Below, piece by piece: positions 37,495-50,810 of a stretch of 64,000 nt of DNA; the stretch's first letter is position 1, and every line of letters starts with the position of its first letter. This DNA is from Mobula hypostoma. Taxonomy: Eukaryota. Location of the stretch: assembly GCF_963921235.1 (NCBI RefSeq), contig NC_086108.1, forward strand, positions 28,274,001 to 28,338,000, given 5' to 3'. The notes beneath the pieces were generated by a model. It did no database searches. It worked only from the letters and a program-made list of their open reading frames with translations, and had not been told where the DNA came from. The position numbers were made by a program, and so were the translations under genes.

Positions 37495-38179
37495 ATCAGT
37501 ATTACAGCAGAGTAAAGGGAATTACAGAGGCATGAGAAAGGAGCTGGCCAGTGTTGATTGGAAGGGGACACTAGCAGGGATGATGGCAGACAGCAATGTC
37601 TATATATATGAATATATATATTCTCAGCTGCACATTACACTAGTGATGGCAGTTCAAAATTACTTGATTCTCTTGCAACACCTGGCATTGTAATAGTTTA
37701 CAAGTTCTCTGTTGGGTCTTGCTCAGCACATACCTTTCAACGTACTTTCAACCAAAGTCCATTGTCTTTCACTTCCTGTGATACTACATGATCTGTGGGT
37801 AAGGAGCAACACATCTCAAGTTTAGCTAGCTTTTGTCACAATACGGACTGATCCTGTCCTAAAGAGGAAGGTTATCTGAGATCGTGTGGGCTACCCCTGT
37901 GTTCAGTATATCAATAATTAAAGACTGGTCAGGCAGCCCCGCAATACATAAAATTATTTGTACTCTAATGTACTAAGAAATGAAACCATGAGGTCCTAAA
38001 TTTATTGTCTGCCTGCTCCCCAATCAGAATCCTAAGGATTGAGGTTGTTGGAGTTCACTGGTTTCACTCCATATTTGTTAAATGCAGTCAATTATAGGTT
38101 CTTCCTCATCCACCTTTTCACATTCTAGTTCATAGACAGTGTGTGGTGCCTGCATCACCATTTCTGGTAAGTTCACAGA

Positions 38180-39450
38180 TTGATCAGTTACTGCAACCAG
38201 TTAGCATCAGACACCAGAGTCAGCCTTGGTAAGAGTGAGGCCATGCTCTCCAGCAGCTGGTCCGACCGTTGCAGCGGCCCCTTCGCTCTGAAGGTGGTGG
38301 GGGCCTGGTTTGGAGGGGCTAAGCAACATAAAAAGAATTGGCTGGAGCAAATTGGGAAAGTCAAACAAAAATGGTCTGTGGAAAGGCTCCAAGATGCAGT
38401 GAATTTGATGGGTCAATACACGAGTCTAGAGAGAATGGGGGCCAAAGTATTCCAAACATTGCCCTTATGCTGAGGACCACCTTCATGGATCTAAGGTACA
38501 TGGGCACCAGGTGTCATCACCTGCTAAGATTCTACCTGTCCCTGCTGTTGCAGAAGATAGGCCCGGCCACTTTACTACACAATGTCTATTTGTGGAGGGG
38601 TTCTTCCAATTTAAGACCAAGTTTGACCATAAGTCCATCAGGCAGTGGTTAGCGTAGAACATACCGCAGATACTGTGGGACAGGGACACTATGGGTTCTG
38701 TGAGTTTGCTCCCTAATCAAACAGTCCAAACCATCTACCATCTGGCAGAATGCCTCGTCGCCAGAACTAACCAACAAGCACCAAGACCTTACTTGGCTGG
38801 GGATGAGAATGGCCTCACTGTCAGGTCCTTCCTGTACAGACATCACATCATTCCCAATGCACACCCCCCTATAAAGGCTATAGTGAAGAAGTGATGGACC
38901 CCCACCTCATTGCAGACGATGGATTTGCTAAGACTGTGGAGAAGAATGCAAGGCTCCCTGTCGTGCTTTATCCCACAGCTGTATGGTGGATTCTCTAATC
39001 TCTGGGCTGTTCACAGGAACACACATTAAGACAGACATAAAGTACTGCTGGAAGATCATCAGTTCAATGAAAGACAGCCTTTGGTCTGTCCGAATCTTGT
39101 TGGTCTTGCGGCAGCGAAGGAATGCTGCAGACTGGCACAGTGGAGGCTGTGGAACTACATACTCAGGGATGGTCAAAAGATTGGTACTGCCAATGCTATG
39201 TCTCTACGGGGAAGAACCTTCCACTATTACATATGGAGGGCTAGATTAGGGTGGGGAAGCCCCTTGGACAATGAATGGGACATCACCTCAGGGGGCCATG
39301 TGAGTGGCATTTGTGCTATGTTTGTTTGTGTTGTTTTTCTTTAAAGGTTTACGCTACTGAATGAAATAACCAGGAATGTAAACGTTTGCTTGCACTGTTT
39401 CTTTGAATATTTTGTTATTACAAGTAAAGTCAATTTCTGCAATTAAAAGA
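38180..39450 (+). mobile_element. Degenerate L1/Tx1-like LINE 3' portion
   Basis: GAWFGG...NWLEQIGKVKQK and CWKIISSMKDSLWSVR resemble the Tx1-type ORF2 C-terminal region (from recall). Confidence 0.6.
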
Positions 39451-39779
39451 ATATTCTGGAGTGTGATTACATGACTTTATCTATTTTTTCACATTGTATC
39501 ATTTATTTTCATACATATGACACGAGAGTAGCATTCTTGTTCACTTCGGTCAGCTGGTTAAATTGCTTGCTTGACCAGCAGGAAACCAAATGCACTTGGT
39601 TAATCTAGGTTGTCTTTCACTCAGATTCTGGCAAGTCTAACTGTATGCAAGGACTGCAGTGTAAGCCCTGATCAATTGATCCATATTACAACATTGACAC
39701 ATGTGAGTAGATCCCTGACAAAATCTATGGTTCTTTAAGCATTCTCTAGCTGCCACTCGAAGGTATTGTAGCACTTAGA

Positions 39780-40250
39780 GTCATAATCATAGAAAAATAC
39801 AGCATTGAAACAGGTCCATTGGCACATCTAGCTGCCTACTCCCATCAACCTGCACTAGGACCATAGTCCTCCATACCCCCACCATCCATGTGCCTGTCCA
39901 AAATTCTCTTCAATGTTGAAATCGAGCTTGCATGCACCACTTGCACTGACAGCTCATTCCACCCTCTCATAACCTTCTGAGTGTAGAAGTTTCTCCTCAT
40001 GTTCCCTTTTAACTTTTCACCTTTCTCCCTTAACTATGACCTCTAGTTGTAGTTCCACACAACCTCAATGGAAAAAGAATGCTTGCATTTACCCTATCTA
40101 TACCTCTCATAATTTTGTATACCTCAATCAAATCTGTTCTCAATGTTCTGTATTCCAGGGAACAAAGTCCTAACCTATCAAATCTTTCCATATAACTCAG
40201 GTCCTCCAGACCTGGCAACATCCTTGTAAATTTTCTCTGCACTCTTTCAG
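39780..40250 (-). mobile_element. CR1 3' fragment
   Basis: ERVQRKFTRMLPGLEDLSY...LIEVYKIMRGIDRV. Confidence 0.88.
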
Positions 40251-41230
40251 GTACAGGAGCTTGTATCAGCAACATAAGCCTCAAATGATTCAGAGAACAC
40301 TCGCTTGTTCTGTTGTCTGCCTTGAACTGCTAGGACATTTCTTAACCCACAGCCCTTCCAAAAGAAGAAGAAATTCAGCATCAGTTGCTTGCATGATTCC
40401 AATCCAACAATACCCAATGTGTTAACATGAATACTGTAAGGCTGAATAATGTTGAAGACAGCTGCAGATATCCCATCTAAGTCTTCCCTCCCCCTTGTGT
40501 TCGTGGCCAGTAATTAACAAGGATTTAGACAGCATGTACCCTACCATCTGGTCACTCTCAACCAACTAAATCCTAACAAATTCATTGGGATTATAGTGAC
40601 CCAATAATCCAGCCTTCCTTTGAACTGAAAAGGATTTAAAAGGATTTGAAGCTACATGATAATAAAGTTTATTAGGATGCAATCGGCTTTAGTTCACTGT
40701 CTCAGATAGTATCAGAGGGATGAAAGCAAAAAATAAAAATGAGGCACATCTCTGATTCCAGTCCTGTGGGTAGACAACCTACCTCAGAAGGCATCTTTTA
40801 TTACCTCACAGTGAATAAACTTGCACCATTCTTTCAATGGATTAACATGGGATCTTTAGGGAGAACAAACCAATCACAGTTTGCCATTGTTTTCTTTTAC
40901 TTGTATATCACTACTGTTTTAACAAAAAAAAATTCAATCTCTGTCTTTTAGTCACCTCCTCTATCACTCCTCTGACAGCAGTGAAGGGCCTGATACACAA
41001 CCCAGTAAATGCTCTTGGAGTTAAAGACTGCTTCTCTCCTAAATATGCATGGGTAATTATTATTGTAATGTTTACCAAAAGAGCTAGGCATATTGTATAA
41101 CTAATGAACTGGAGCTTTTATTTAAATTGCTTTCATTATATTACATAACATTAAGGAAAATAAATTTCAGTCAGAAGTTGAATCACTTTAGATAAATGCT
41201 CTTACTTCCAATGTCTTGTCCATCATATTG

Positions 41231-41500
41231 AGAATCAGAATCAGGTTTATTATCACCGGCATGTGACGTGAAATTTGTTAACTTAGCAGCAGCAGTTCAA
41301 TGCAATACATAATCTAGCAGAGATGAAAAAAAAAATAAAATAAAAATAATAAGAAGAATAAATAAACAAGTAAATCAATTATGTATATTGAATAGATTTT
41401 TTTTAAATGCCCAAAACAGAAATACTGTATATTTAAAAAAAAGTAAGGTAGTGTCCAAAGATTCAATGTCCATTTAGGAATTGGATGGCACAGGGGAAGA
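41231..41500 (-). mobile_element. Rex1/Babar-like 3' tail
   Basis: AGAATCAGAATCAGGTTTATTATC end, as at 4391. Confidence 0.65.
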
Positions 41501-41514
41501 AGCCCCTCTCTCTT

Positions 41515-44500
41515 GCTGGTTTGTATTGCTAGAGACAAATTAGTGCATAGCTGAGAAGCTGGTGCAGGGAACAGGGCTTCAGGTTCTTGGATCATTGGGA
41601 TCTCTTCTGGGGGAGGTATGACCTGTTCAAAATGACAGTTTGCACCTGAACCTGAGGGAGCCAATATTCTCGTGGGCAGGTTTGTTAGAGTTGTTGGGGA
41701 GGGTTTAAACTAATTTTTCAGGGGTGGGAACCATAGTGAAGGAATTCGGGATAGGATGGATGGTAAAAAAGCAAAGATTGCATGCAGTCAGACTGTTAGG
41801 AAGGGCAGGCAGATGATAGGACAAAATTGCAACCACCAGGGTGAGTATCAGTGTATTAAGGATGCAGAATCAAAAAGGGTAACAAATCCAGTACTCAAAG
41901 TGTTATATCTCAATGCACAGAGTATAAGAAATAAGGTCGCTCATCTTGTTGCTCTATTACAGATCGTCAGGTACGATGTTGTGGCCATCATTGAATTATA
42001 GCTAAAGGATGGTGATAGTGGGAGTTCATTGTTCAATGTTACACATTGTATTGGAAGGAGAGGAAGTTAAGTAGAGGGGGTGGACTGGCTCTGCTAGTAA
42101 AATTGGCATCAAATCATTAGAAAGATATGACATAGGATCAGAAGATTTTGAATCCTTGTTGGTTGAGCTAGGAAACTGCAAGGGTAAAAGGACACTGATG
42201 GCAGTTATATACAGGCCTCCCAACAGTAGCTGGGATGTGTACCACAGAATACAATGGGAAATAGAAAAGGAATGTCAAAAGGCAATGTTATGATAGTCAT
42301 GGGACATTTCAACACACAGGTCAATTGAGAAAATTAGGTTGGTAATGGATCTCAAGACAGTAAGTTTGTTGAATGCCTATGAAATGGCCTTTTAGAGCAG
42401 TTTGTCATTAAGCCTACTAGGGGATCAGCTATACTGGATTGGGTATTACGTAATGATCTGGAGGTGATTAGGGAGCTTAAGGTAAAAGAACCCTTAGGAG
42501 ACAGTGATCACAATATGATTGAGTTCAACTTAAAATTTCATAGGGCCAAAGTCAATTCTGAGGTAGCAGTATTTGAGTGGAGTAAAAGAAATTACAGTGG
42601 TATGAGAGAGGAGCTGGCCAACGTAAATTGGAAGGAGCTTCTGGCAGGGATGACAGCAGAGCAGAAATGGGGTGATTTTCTGGGGAAAATGAGGAAGGTG
42701 CAGGATAGATGTATTCCAAAAACAAAGAGATACTCAAATGGCAAAATAGTACAACCATGGCTGACAAGGGAAGTCAAAGCTAATGTAAAAGCCAAAGAGA
42801 GGGCATACAACAAGGTAAGAATTAGTGGTAAGTCAGTGGATTGGGAAGCTTTTAAAAACATTTAGAGAACAACTAAATGAAGCATTAGGGAGAAAAAGAT
42901 GAAATATGAAAGCAAACTAACAAAAAATAAAAGCTTTTTCAAGAATGTGAAGAATAAAAGAGAGATGAGAGTGCATATAGGACCACCAGAAAATGAGGCC
43001 AGAGAAATAATAACAGGGGACAAGGAGATAGCAGATGAACTAAATGAGTATTTTGCATCAGTCTTCACTGTGGAAGACACTAGCAGTGTGCAAAATATTG
43101 AAGGATGTGAAGGAAGAGAAATGAATGTAGTTACTATTACAAGGGAGAAGATGCTCAAAAAGCTGCAAGACCTAAGGGTGCGTAAGTCACCCAGACCAGA
43201 TTAACTGCACCCTAGTGTTCTGAAAGAGGTATTTGTAGAGATTGTGGAGGCATGAGTAGTGATCTTTCAAAAATCATTGGACTCTGGCATGATGACAGAG
43301 GAGAGGAAAATTGCAAATGCCACCCCACCCTTTAAGAAAGGAAGAAGGCAACAGAAAGGAAGTTATAGACCAGTTAGCCTAACCTCAGTGGTTGGGAAGA
43401 TGTTAAGTATGAGGTTATGGACTACTTCATGAAACAGGACAAGATAGGACTAAGTCAGGATGGTTTCCTTAAGGGAAAATCTTGCCTGATAAACCTGTTG
43501 GAATTCTTTGAGGAAATTACAAGTAAGATAGATAAAGAGGACGCAGTGGATGTTGTATATTTGGACTTTCAGAAGGCCATTGACAAGGTGCCACACATGA
43601 GGCTGCTTACCAAAGTAAGAGCCCATGGTATTACAGGAAAGTTACTAGTATAATTAGAGAATTGGCTGATTGGTGGGAGGCAGTGTGTGGGAATAAAAGG
43701 ATCCTTTTCTGGTTGGCTGCCAGTGGTGTTCCGTAGGGATCGGTGTTGGGACCACTTCTTTTTCTGCCGTATATCAATGATTTAGATGATGGAATAGATG
43801 TCTTTGTTGCCAAGTTTGCAGATGATATGAAGATTGGTACAGGGGCAGGTAGTGTTGAGGAAACAGGTCGGCTGCAGAAGGGCTTAGACAGATTAGGAGA
43901 ATGGGCAAGAAAGTGGCAAATGAAATACAATGTTGGAAAATCCATGGACATGCACTTTACTAGAAGAAATAAATGAGCAGACTATTTTCTAAATGGGGAG
44001 AAAATCCAAAAATCTGAGATGCAAAGAGACTTGAGAGTCCTTGTGCAGAACACCCTGAAGGTTAACTTGCAGGTTGAGTCGGTAGTGAGGAAGGCAAATA
44101 CAATGTTAGCATTCATTTCAAGAGGTGTAGAATACAAGAGCAGGGATGTGATGCTGAGGCTTTATAAGGCTCTGGTGAGGCCTCACCTTGAGTATTGTGA
44201 ACAGTTTTGAGCTTCTCATCTTAGAAAAGATGTGCTGGCATTGGAGAGGGTTCAGAGGAGGTTCACAAGGATGATTCCAGGAGTGAAAGGGTTAGCGTAT
44301 GATGAATATTTGATAGCTCAGGGTCTGTACTCACTGGAATTTAGAAAGATGGCGGGGGGGGGGGTGGTATCTCATTGAAATCTTTCGAATGTTGAAAGGC
44401 CTAGACAGAGTAGATGTGGAAAGGATGTTAGTCTCAGACAAGCCTCAGGATAGAGAGCCATCTATTTAAAACAAAAATGCAGAGAAATTTCTTTAACTAG

Positions 44501-44735
44501 AGGGTGTTGAATTTGTGGACTTATTACCACAGGCAACTTTGGAGGCCTGTTCATTGGGTGTATTTAAGGCAGACCTTGTGGGTTCTTGATTGGACATTAC
44601 ATCAAAGGTTACAGGAAGAAGGCCAGGGAGTGGGGCTGAGGAGGGAAAACAAAGGATCAGCCATGATTGAATGGCAGAGCAGACTCAATGGGCCAAATGG
44701 CCTAATTCTACACCTATGTCTTTTGGTCTTATTGT
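41515..44735 (+). mobile_element. Long decayed CR1 (end of ORF1, endonuclease, RT, 3' tail), about 3.2 kb
   Basis: LYLNAQSIRNK, EPLGDSDHNMIEF, LNEYFASVFT, YLDFQKAIDKVPH, KFADDMKIG and RPHLEYC in collinear order, with many stops. Confidence 0.93.
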
Positions 44736-46770
44736 CTAGCCTTCTGATATTCTCAGGACTCCTTATCATCACAGTGGGCAAATGTATTAACTGTGGTTAG
44801 TGTCATGATTGAATCCATCCTCATCCTTCAAAAGAGATCAAAACTGTGCTTTTCTCAAGCTTATCATGTCTCAATCAGTGAAGTACTTCTACAGTTTAGT
44901 GAATGCCAGGAATGTTAGAGGGATCTTATGGTAAAAAATATGCAAACTCCAGCTGATATTCCACTCTCAGGTATCCTGAATCCAATTAAAATATTCCTTG
45001 TGCTCCATTTGGCCCAACAAATCTGTCTCCAACAGTCAATGAGATGATGGTTTATCTGAACCACAGTTCTACCATCCCTGAGTCCAAATCCCTTAAGATC
45101 ATTCTCAAACTTGGATAAGAGATGAACCAACTGCACAACTCAGCTATAAAAGTTATAAGGGCAATTGGTTCTTACAATGGATCATCACTCATTCTGAACA
45201 GCAATTTTTTTCTGGATGAGTAACACCATTGATACAAGCCAGTTCTGGAAACTGAGAAGGTAAAGGACCAAACCCTAAAAGGTTTAATCATGACATTGAG
45301 ATTTAATGCCTGTCACAGTTTATCTATTTGAGGGTCCCTTGGCTGCTGCTCTGGAATAAGTAGCATTAATTATTCTTGAAGCAATTTGCCCCACAGTGAA
45401 GGTGAGTGGTCAGATCTCATAGGAAGTAAGGAGAGTACAGTGGGAATAGCTGTTTGATAGCCAGCAAGGATTCAATAAGCTGAATGGCCTGTTCCCTTCA
45501 GACTTATTGTTTCTTAGTATAAAGCCACACTGCTAGATAACAGCCAAAATATGTATTATCATGAAGTGTAGTAATGTAACCATTCCTGATAGCAATTCTG
45601 TGCCTTTTGCTGTCAAATACCTGGAATTTCCAGAGAACCCTAAATACTGTGCTAGAATACCATAGATACAATAGGACTAACGGCTTGGTCACAATAAATT
45701 CAATATTACATATCTCCAGAGTTGAAAGTATGTTGCATGGTCCTTCCTCTGCAAAGATTGGCCTTGGAAGTTCAATATGGGTGCAAGGGACTGGGAGCTT
45801 TCCCTCAAGGTTGAGGACACTAGCATGAGTCAGACTTTAGGAATTATGGTAATAAACAGGACAATAATTTACAATTTTTGGAAATGAAATTTGTATACTT
45901 ATTTATTGGTTGAGATACAATATGGAATAGGTCCTTTCGGCTCTTTGCATTGCACCCAGGAATCCCAAAGTTCAAAAGTAAAATTTATTATCAGCTGCAT
46001 ACGTGTCACCACATACAATCCCGAGATTCTTGTTCTGCAGGCATACTTAGCAAATCTATGGAACAATAACTGTAAACTGTAAACATCAGGAACTATAAAC
46101 TCTAAACAAACTGTGCAAATGCAGATATAAATAAATAGCAATAAATAATGAGCATAAAACAACAATATAACAGAGTCTTAAAATGAGTGTAAGTTATCCC
46201 CTTTTGTTCAAGAGCCCGATGGTTGAGGGGTAGTAACGGTTCTTGAACCTGGTGGTGCGAGTCCTGAGGCTCCTGTACTTTCTACCTGATGGCCATGGTG
46301 AGAAAAGAGCTTGGCCTGGGTGGTGAGGATCTTTGATGATAGATGCTGATTATCTACAGCAACATTTCATGTAGATGTGCTCAATGGTTGGGAGGATTTT
46401 ACTCATGATGTGCTGGGCTGAATCCACTACCTTTTGAAGGATTTTCCACTCAAAGGCATCGGTGTTTCCGTACCAGTCCATTATGCAGCCGGTCAGCACA
46501 CTTTTCACCACACATCTATAAAGGTTTGCCGATGACATGCCGAATCTCCACAGACTCCTGGGGAAGTAAAGGCTTTCTTGTGCTTTCTTCACAACAATGG
46601 GTTCACTCTTCACAATAAACCCATTATTTGATGGGCCCAGGACAGGTCCTCTGAGATAGTGACACCCAGGAATTTAAAGTTATTGACCCTCTTCACCTCT
46701 AGTCCTCCAATGATTACTGGCTCATCGATCTCTGGTTTCCCTCTCCTGAAATCTACAATCAGTTCCTCGG

Positions 46771-47069
46771 CGCAAACACAAGGAAATCTGCAGATGCTGG
46801 AAATTCAAGCAACACACACAAGATGCTAGTGGAACGCAGCAGGCCAGGCAGCATCCATAGAAAGAAGCACAGTGGACGTTTTGGGCTGAGACCCTTTGTC
46901 AGGACTAACTGAAAGAAGAGGTAGTAAGAGATTAGTAAGATTCAAATCCCTTACTATCTCTTTTTTCAGTTAGTCCTGACGAAGGGTCTCGGCCCGAAAC
47001 GTCGACTGTGCTTCTTCCTATGGATGCTGCCTGGCCTGCTGCGTTTCACCAGCATTTTGTGTGTGTTGC
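46771..47069 (-). mobile_element. Fold-back Penelope-like mini-insertion with 13-bp TSD
   Basis: ATCAGTTCCT(C/T)GG at 46758-46770 and 47070-47082; arms of about 130 bp centred at about 46942. Confidence 0.88.
46972..47007 (+). ncRNA. Minimal type I hammerhead ribozyme motif (best copy in the window)
   Basis: AGUC-CUGACGA-A-GGGU-CUCG-GCCC-GAAA-CG-UC|GACU: complete core, helices I and II, and palindromic ACGU in place of helix III. Confidence 0.75.
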
Positions 47070-47214
47070 ATCAGTTCCTTGGTCTTATTGACGTTGAGCG
47101 AGAGGTTGTTGTTATTACACCACTCAGCCAAGTTTCCAATCTCCCTTCTGTATGCTGATGCATCACCAACTTTCATACAGCCCACGACAGTGGTGTCATC
47201 AGCAAACTTGTCGT

Positions 47215-47388
47215 GGGACAGTTTACAATGCCCAATTCACCTACCAACCATTACATCTCTGGACTGAGGGAGGAATCCCAACGGTCACGGGAGAATGTAC
47301 AAACTGCTTACAGGCAGTGGTGGGAATTGAACCTGGGTGGCCTCTACTGTGAAGTGTTATGCTAACCAATATGCTACCGTGCTGCCCC
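47215..47388 (-). mobile_element. tRNA-derived SINE
   Basis: GGGAATTGAACC (B box, reverse), GGAGAATGTACAAACT core, GCTACCGTGCTGCC head. Confidence 0.65.
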
Positions 47389-47759
47389 AGTAATGAAATT
47401 ATCATTTCTAACAAATGGAACCACATTTTTCAGAATCACCAGCCCCAGCCTGTCAGCACAGAGAAATTTAGTCCAGAAATGTGGAGGATGAGTTTATTTC
47501 CAAACTGACCATATTCACAATTCAGAAGAATAACCTGATAGAAGTTTGAAAAGGTGCACCTTTCAACAAGCTAGTTAGGAGAGAATATGAAAGAAATGAA
47601 GACTTTTTTCCCCTACAGCTAGCAACCTGTTCAGAGGAGGTACTTCTTTTGCACCTGTTTCCTATCAATGGACAGCTAAGCAGAAGCTGTAATTAAGTTC
47701 ACAATTGATGTAAAGCTTTGGCCCGCCCATAGAAAAGCTTATAATAGAGTGGCTTTGGT

Positions 47760-48080
47760 GAGGATGCTTCCTATAGTGGGTAAGTCTAAGACCAAAGGGC
47801 ACAGCCTCAGGATAGAGTGACATCCGTTTAGAGCAGAGATGAGGAGGAATTTCTTTAGCCAGGGTATTGTGAATCTGTGGAATTCATTGCCACAGGCAGC
47901 TGTTGAGGCCAAGTCATTGAGTGTACATTAAACAGAGATTGATAGATTCTTCATTGGCAGGGTCATCAAAGGTTACAAAGAGAAGGCAGGAGAATGGGGT
48001 TGAGAGGGATAATGGGGTTGGTAGAATAGGCTTAATGGGCCAAATGGCCTAACTCCACTCCTATGACATGGTCTTATAAA
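47760..48080 (+). mobile_element. CR1 3' fragment
   Basis: GAGATGAGGAGGAATTTCTTTAGCCAG...GTGAATCTGTGGAATTC; tail ATGGTCTTAT. Confidence 0.8.
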
Positions 48081-48829
48081 GTGTATTTAGAGCACATAGG
48101 TCTAGTAAGAGAGGGATAAGAAAGGACCGGTGTGTGTGGAGGGAGAGGGGGAAAGAGGGAGAGAGTACCGCTGCAGGGATCAGTGTTTCAACCGTGCCAG
48201 CTGTTAATTTGGTCTGCCTGGTAATTTACTTAACAGCTGCCATTAAATTTTATACCTTGCAATGCCAACACTCATATATGGAGGCAGAAGAGTGAGGGCA
48301 AATGGATTATCCTAATGAATGTGTTGGTGAGTGGCCAGGGATTTGGGTACTTAATTATCCTATCTACCTCCCAGGTGATCATTCAGCCCTGGGAATGTGC
48401 CACACCAGGTATCCCCATGACACTACAGTTCAAATTCTCCATGCAATGCTTCAAAGGCAGTAATGCACGAGGAATGACTTCACCCCATGTGACCACGCCT
48501 GGCATGGAGAATTTAGAGGAAGTGTCCAGTTAGATTTTAAGTGCAGACCTGAACAACTCAGCATCTCTATCTGAAGTGTGGGAAGGTCAAGTAAAAATCA
48601 TTATGTTCTTTAAAGTGACAGTACAGATCAATAGTTATGGTTGGACTCACTAAATTCAATCAGTACAACATATTAACTTAATAAGGTCCTATTCTTTTCC
48701 ATATAAATAGATAACCCTACTTATGAGTTCTACTTATGAGTTTTTTGTTGTTAATTACATTGTTGCATTATTATGCTTGACCAAGTGTTGCCTTCACAGT
48801 CTTATGCTACATTGTTAGAAGAACATCTA

Positions 48830-49165
48830 CCTCACAGTACGAGAAGCCAGGTTCAGTACTGACTTTGGGGCCACCTGTGTGCCCATACAGTCACATGGTT
48901 TCCCTGCGACTGCATGGGTTTCCTCCTGATGCTCCAGTTTCCTTCCTCACCCCAAAGGCATGCAGGCTGGTAGGTCGATTGGTCACTGGAATTTGCCCTC
49001 AGTGTGTCAGTGAGTTATGGACATGGTTGGGAGAGATGGCATACGAGCTCAGGAGAATATTGAGTGAATAAAAGATGGCATTAGTGTCAGATTCACGTAA
49101 ATGAATGTGCAAATGACAATGTGCACAAAAGGACTTGTTTCTAGGCTGTATGGTTCACTGAATCT
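48830..49165 (+). mobile_element. Degenerate SINE
   Basis: TGGGTTTCCTCCTGATGCTCCAGTTTCC core shared with the other SINE copies. Confidence 0.55.
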
Positions 49166-50084
49166 ATCATTATTCTTGTTTATATGTTTGACATTTACCC
49201 AGCATATTATTCCAAGCAATCAGCTGACTATGGCTTGCAACTCAGGGTGTGTCAGGGAGCTTAGAGCAGGAAATAGAGATATGTCACCTCCTTCCACAGA
49301 TTCTTTAGGGTCACTACCAAGGCATTTCCTGAAAAACAATACATTCCCAAGCTTGCATTTTTCCAAAGGAGCCATCACCAGTGGGGTACTGCAGGAAACC
49401 ACTCTTAAGACTGTTGTGCTTCCTGTGGAGGTCAAGGTCACATTGACAACCAACTTCGTCAGATCTTTCCAAGTAACAGATCTCTGTCATGACCTCAACA
49501 TTGCTCTTCTCCACAGCACCAGAAGGCACCCAGGAACGATATTCACAGGAGGATTATACCAATCATTTTTATTTCAGTAGAGCAAGTGAGGCCCTGTTGT
49601 GTTTTAAATCACATAAGATTTATTCTCCTAACATCATTCCTGGAATTCGATTCCAATCAGTGATCACTGATATTGAGATGAAATTTATGACAATGATCCT
49701 AAACCAACCTTTCACTGCTATCATTGTAATAATAGTGTTAATTTGTAACAATGTTCTGGATCTATCCTTAATTCAAAATTTATTACCTTACATATATTTG
49801 TAATACCAATTCTCACTCACTCTCTTTTAGCACTCAAACTCTTTTCCAAAATTTCCTATTCTCTGGTTCTAGATACCAACCTTACTATTCCTCTTAAACA
49901 GGGAGATTCAGCAGATGCTGGAAATTCAGAGTAACACACAAAATGCTGAAGGAACACAATAGGTTAGACAGCCTCTATGGTGGGGTATAAACGGTTGCCA
50001 TTGTGGGCTGAGACCCTGCATCAGGACTCGTGTTAGACCATGAGACCATAAGATATAGGAGCATTTGACCCCTCGAGTGTGCTG

Positions 50085-50810
50085 TGTTTCAAAAATCAAG
50101 GGGCTGGTTGTAGATTACAGGAGGAATGGAGACAGGCTAACCCCTATTGACATCAATGGATCTGGGGTTGAGAGGGTAAACAGCTTCAAGTTCCTCAGCA
50201 CCCACATTACTGAGGACCTCACGTGGTCTGTACACATGAGCTGCGTGGTGAAAAAGGCACAACAGTGCTTCTTTCACCTCAGACAGTTGAGGAAGTTTGG
50301 TATGGGCCCCCAAATCCTAAGAGGTTTCTACAAATGCACAATTGAAAGCATCCTAACTAGCTGTATCACTGCCTGGTATGGGAACTGTACCTCCTTTAAT
50401 CGCAGGACTCTGCAGAGAGTGGTGCGGACAGCCCAGCACATCTCTAGTTGTGAACTACATGATTCAGGACATTTACAAGGACAAGTGTGTAAAAAGGGCC
50501 CATAAGATCATTGGGGACCCTCGTCACCTCAACCACAATTTATTCCAGCTGCTACTATCCAGGAAACGGTACCACAGCATAAAAGCCAGGACCAATAGAA
50601 CAGCTTCTTCCACCAGGCCATCAGACTGATGAACTCACACTGATTTGAGTGTACTCTATATTACATTAACTGTTCTATTTATTATAAATTATTAGAAATT
50701 ACTATGATTGCACATTGCACATTTAAACAGAGACGTAACAAAAAGATTTTTACTCCTCATGTATGTGAAGGATGTAAGAAATAAAGTCGATTCAATTAAA
50801 TCCAATTCAG
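50085..50810 (+). mobile_element. Rex1/Babar-like LINE nested in a minus-strand CR1 tail (about 50035-51160)
   Basis: ORF VERVNSFKFL..DLTWS..KKAQQ..CTIESILT; tail AATAAAGTCGATTCAATT; flanks are CR1 3' sequence. Confidence 0.85.

Larger units (their letters stand above)
33190..37600 (+). mobile_element. Host CR1 (end of ORF1 and endonuclease region) carrying three nested LINEs
   Basis: Host reads through GAAAAGGCAT|GTAAAAAGGGCAATG (33860/35829) and AATCGGATGT|ATCAGTATTAC (36106/37495); similar to 41530-42660. Confidence 0.8.
45968..47210 (-). mobile_element. Rex1/Babar-like LINE interrupted by a Penelope-like insertion
   Basis: Minus-strand ORF VKKAQESLYF...SVLTGCIMDWYG; FADD-encoding sequence near 47200. 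Confidence 0.8.

Noticed and set aside
49101..49580. 159-aa ORF as a host exon
   Set aside because: No recognisable domain or splice signals; begins in a SINE tail and may be an old TE remnant.
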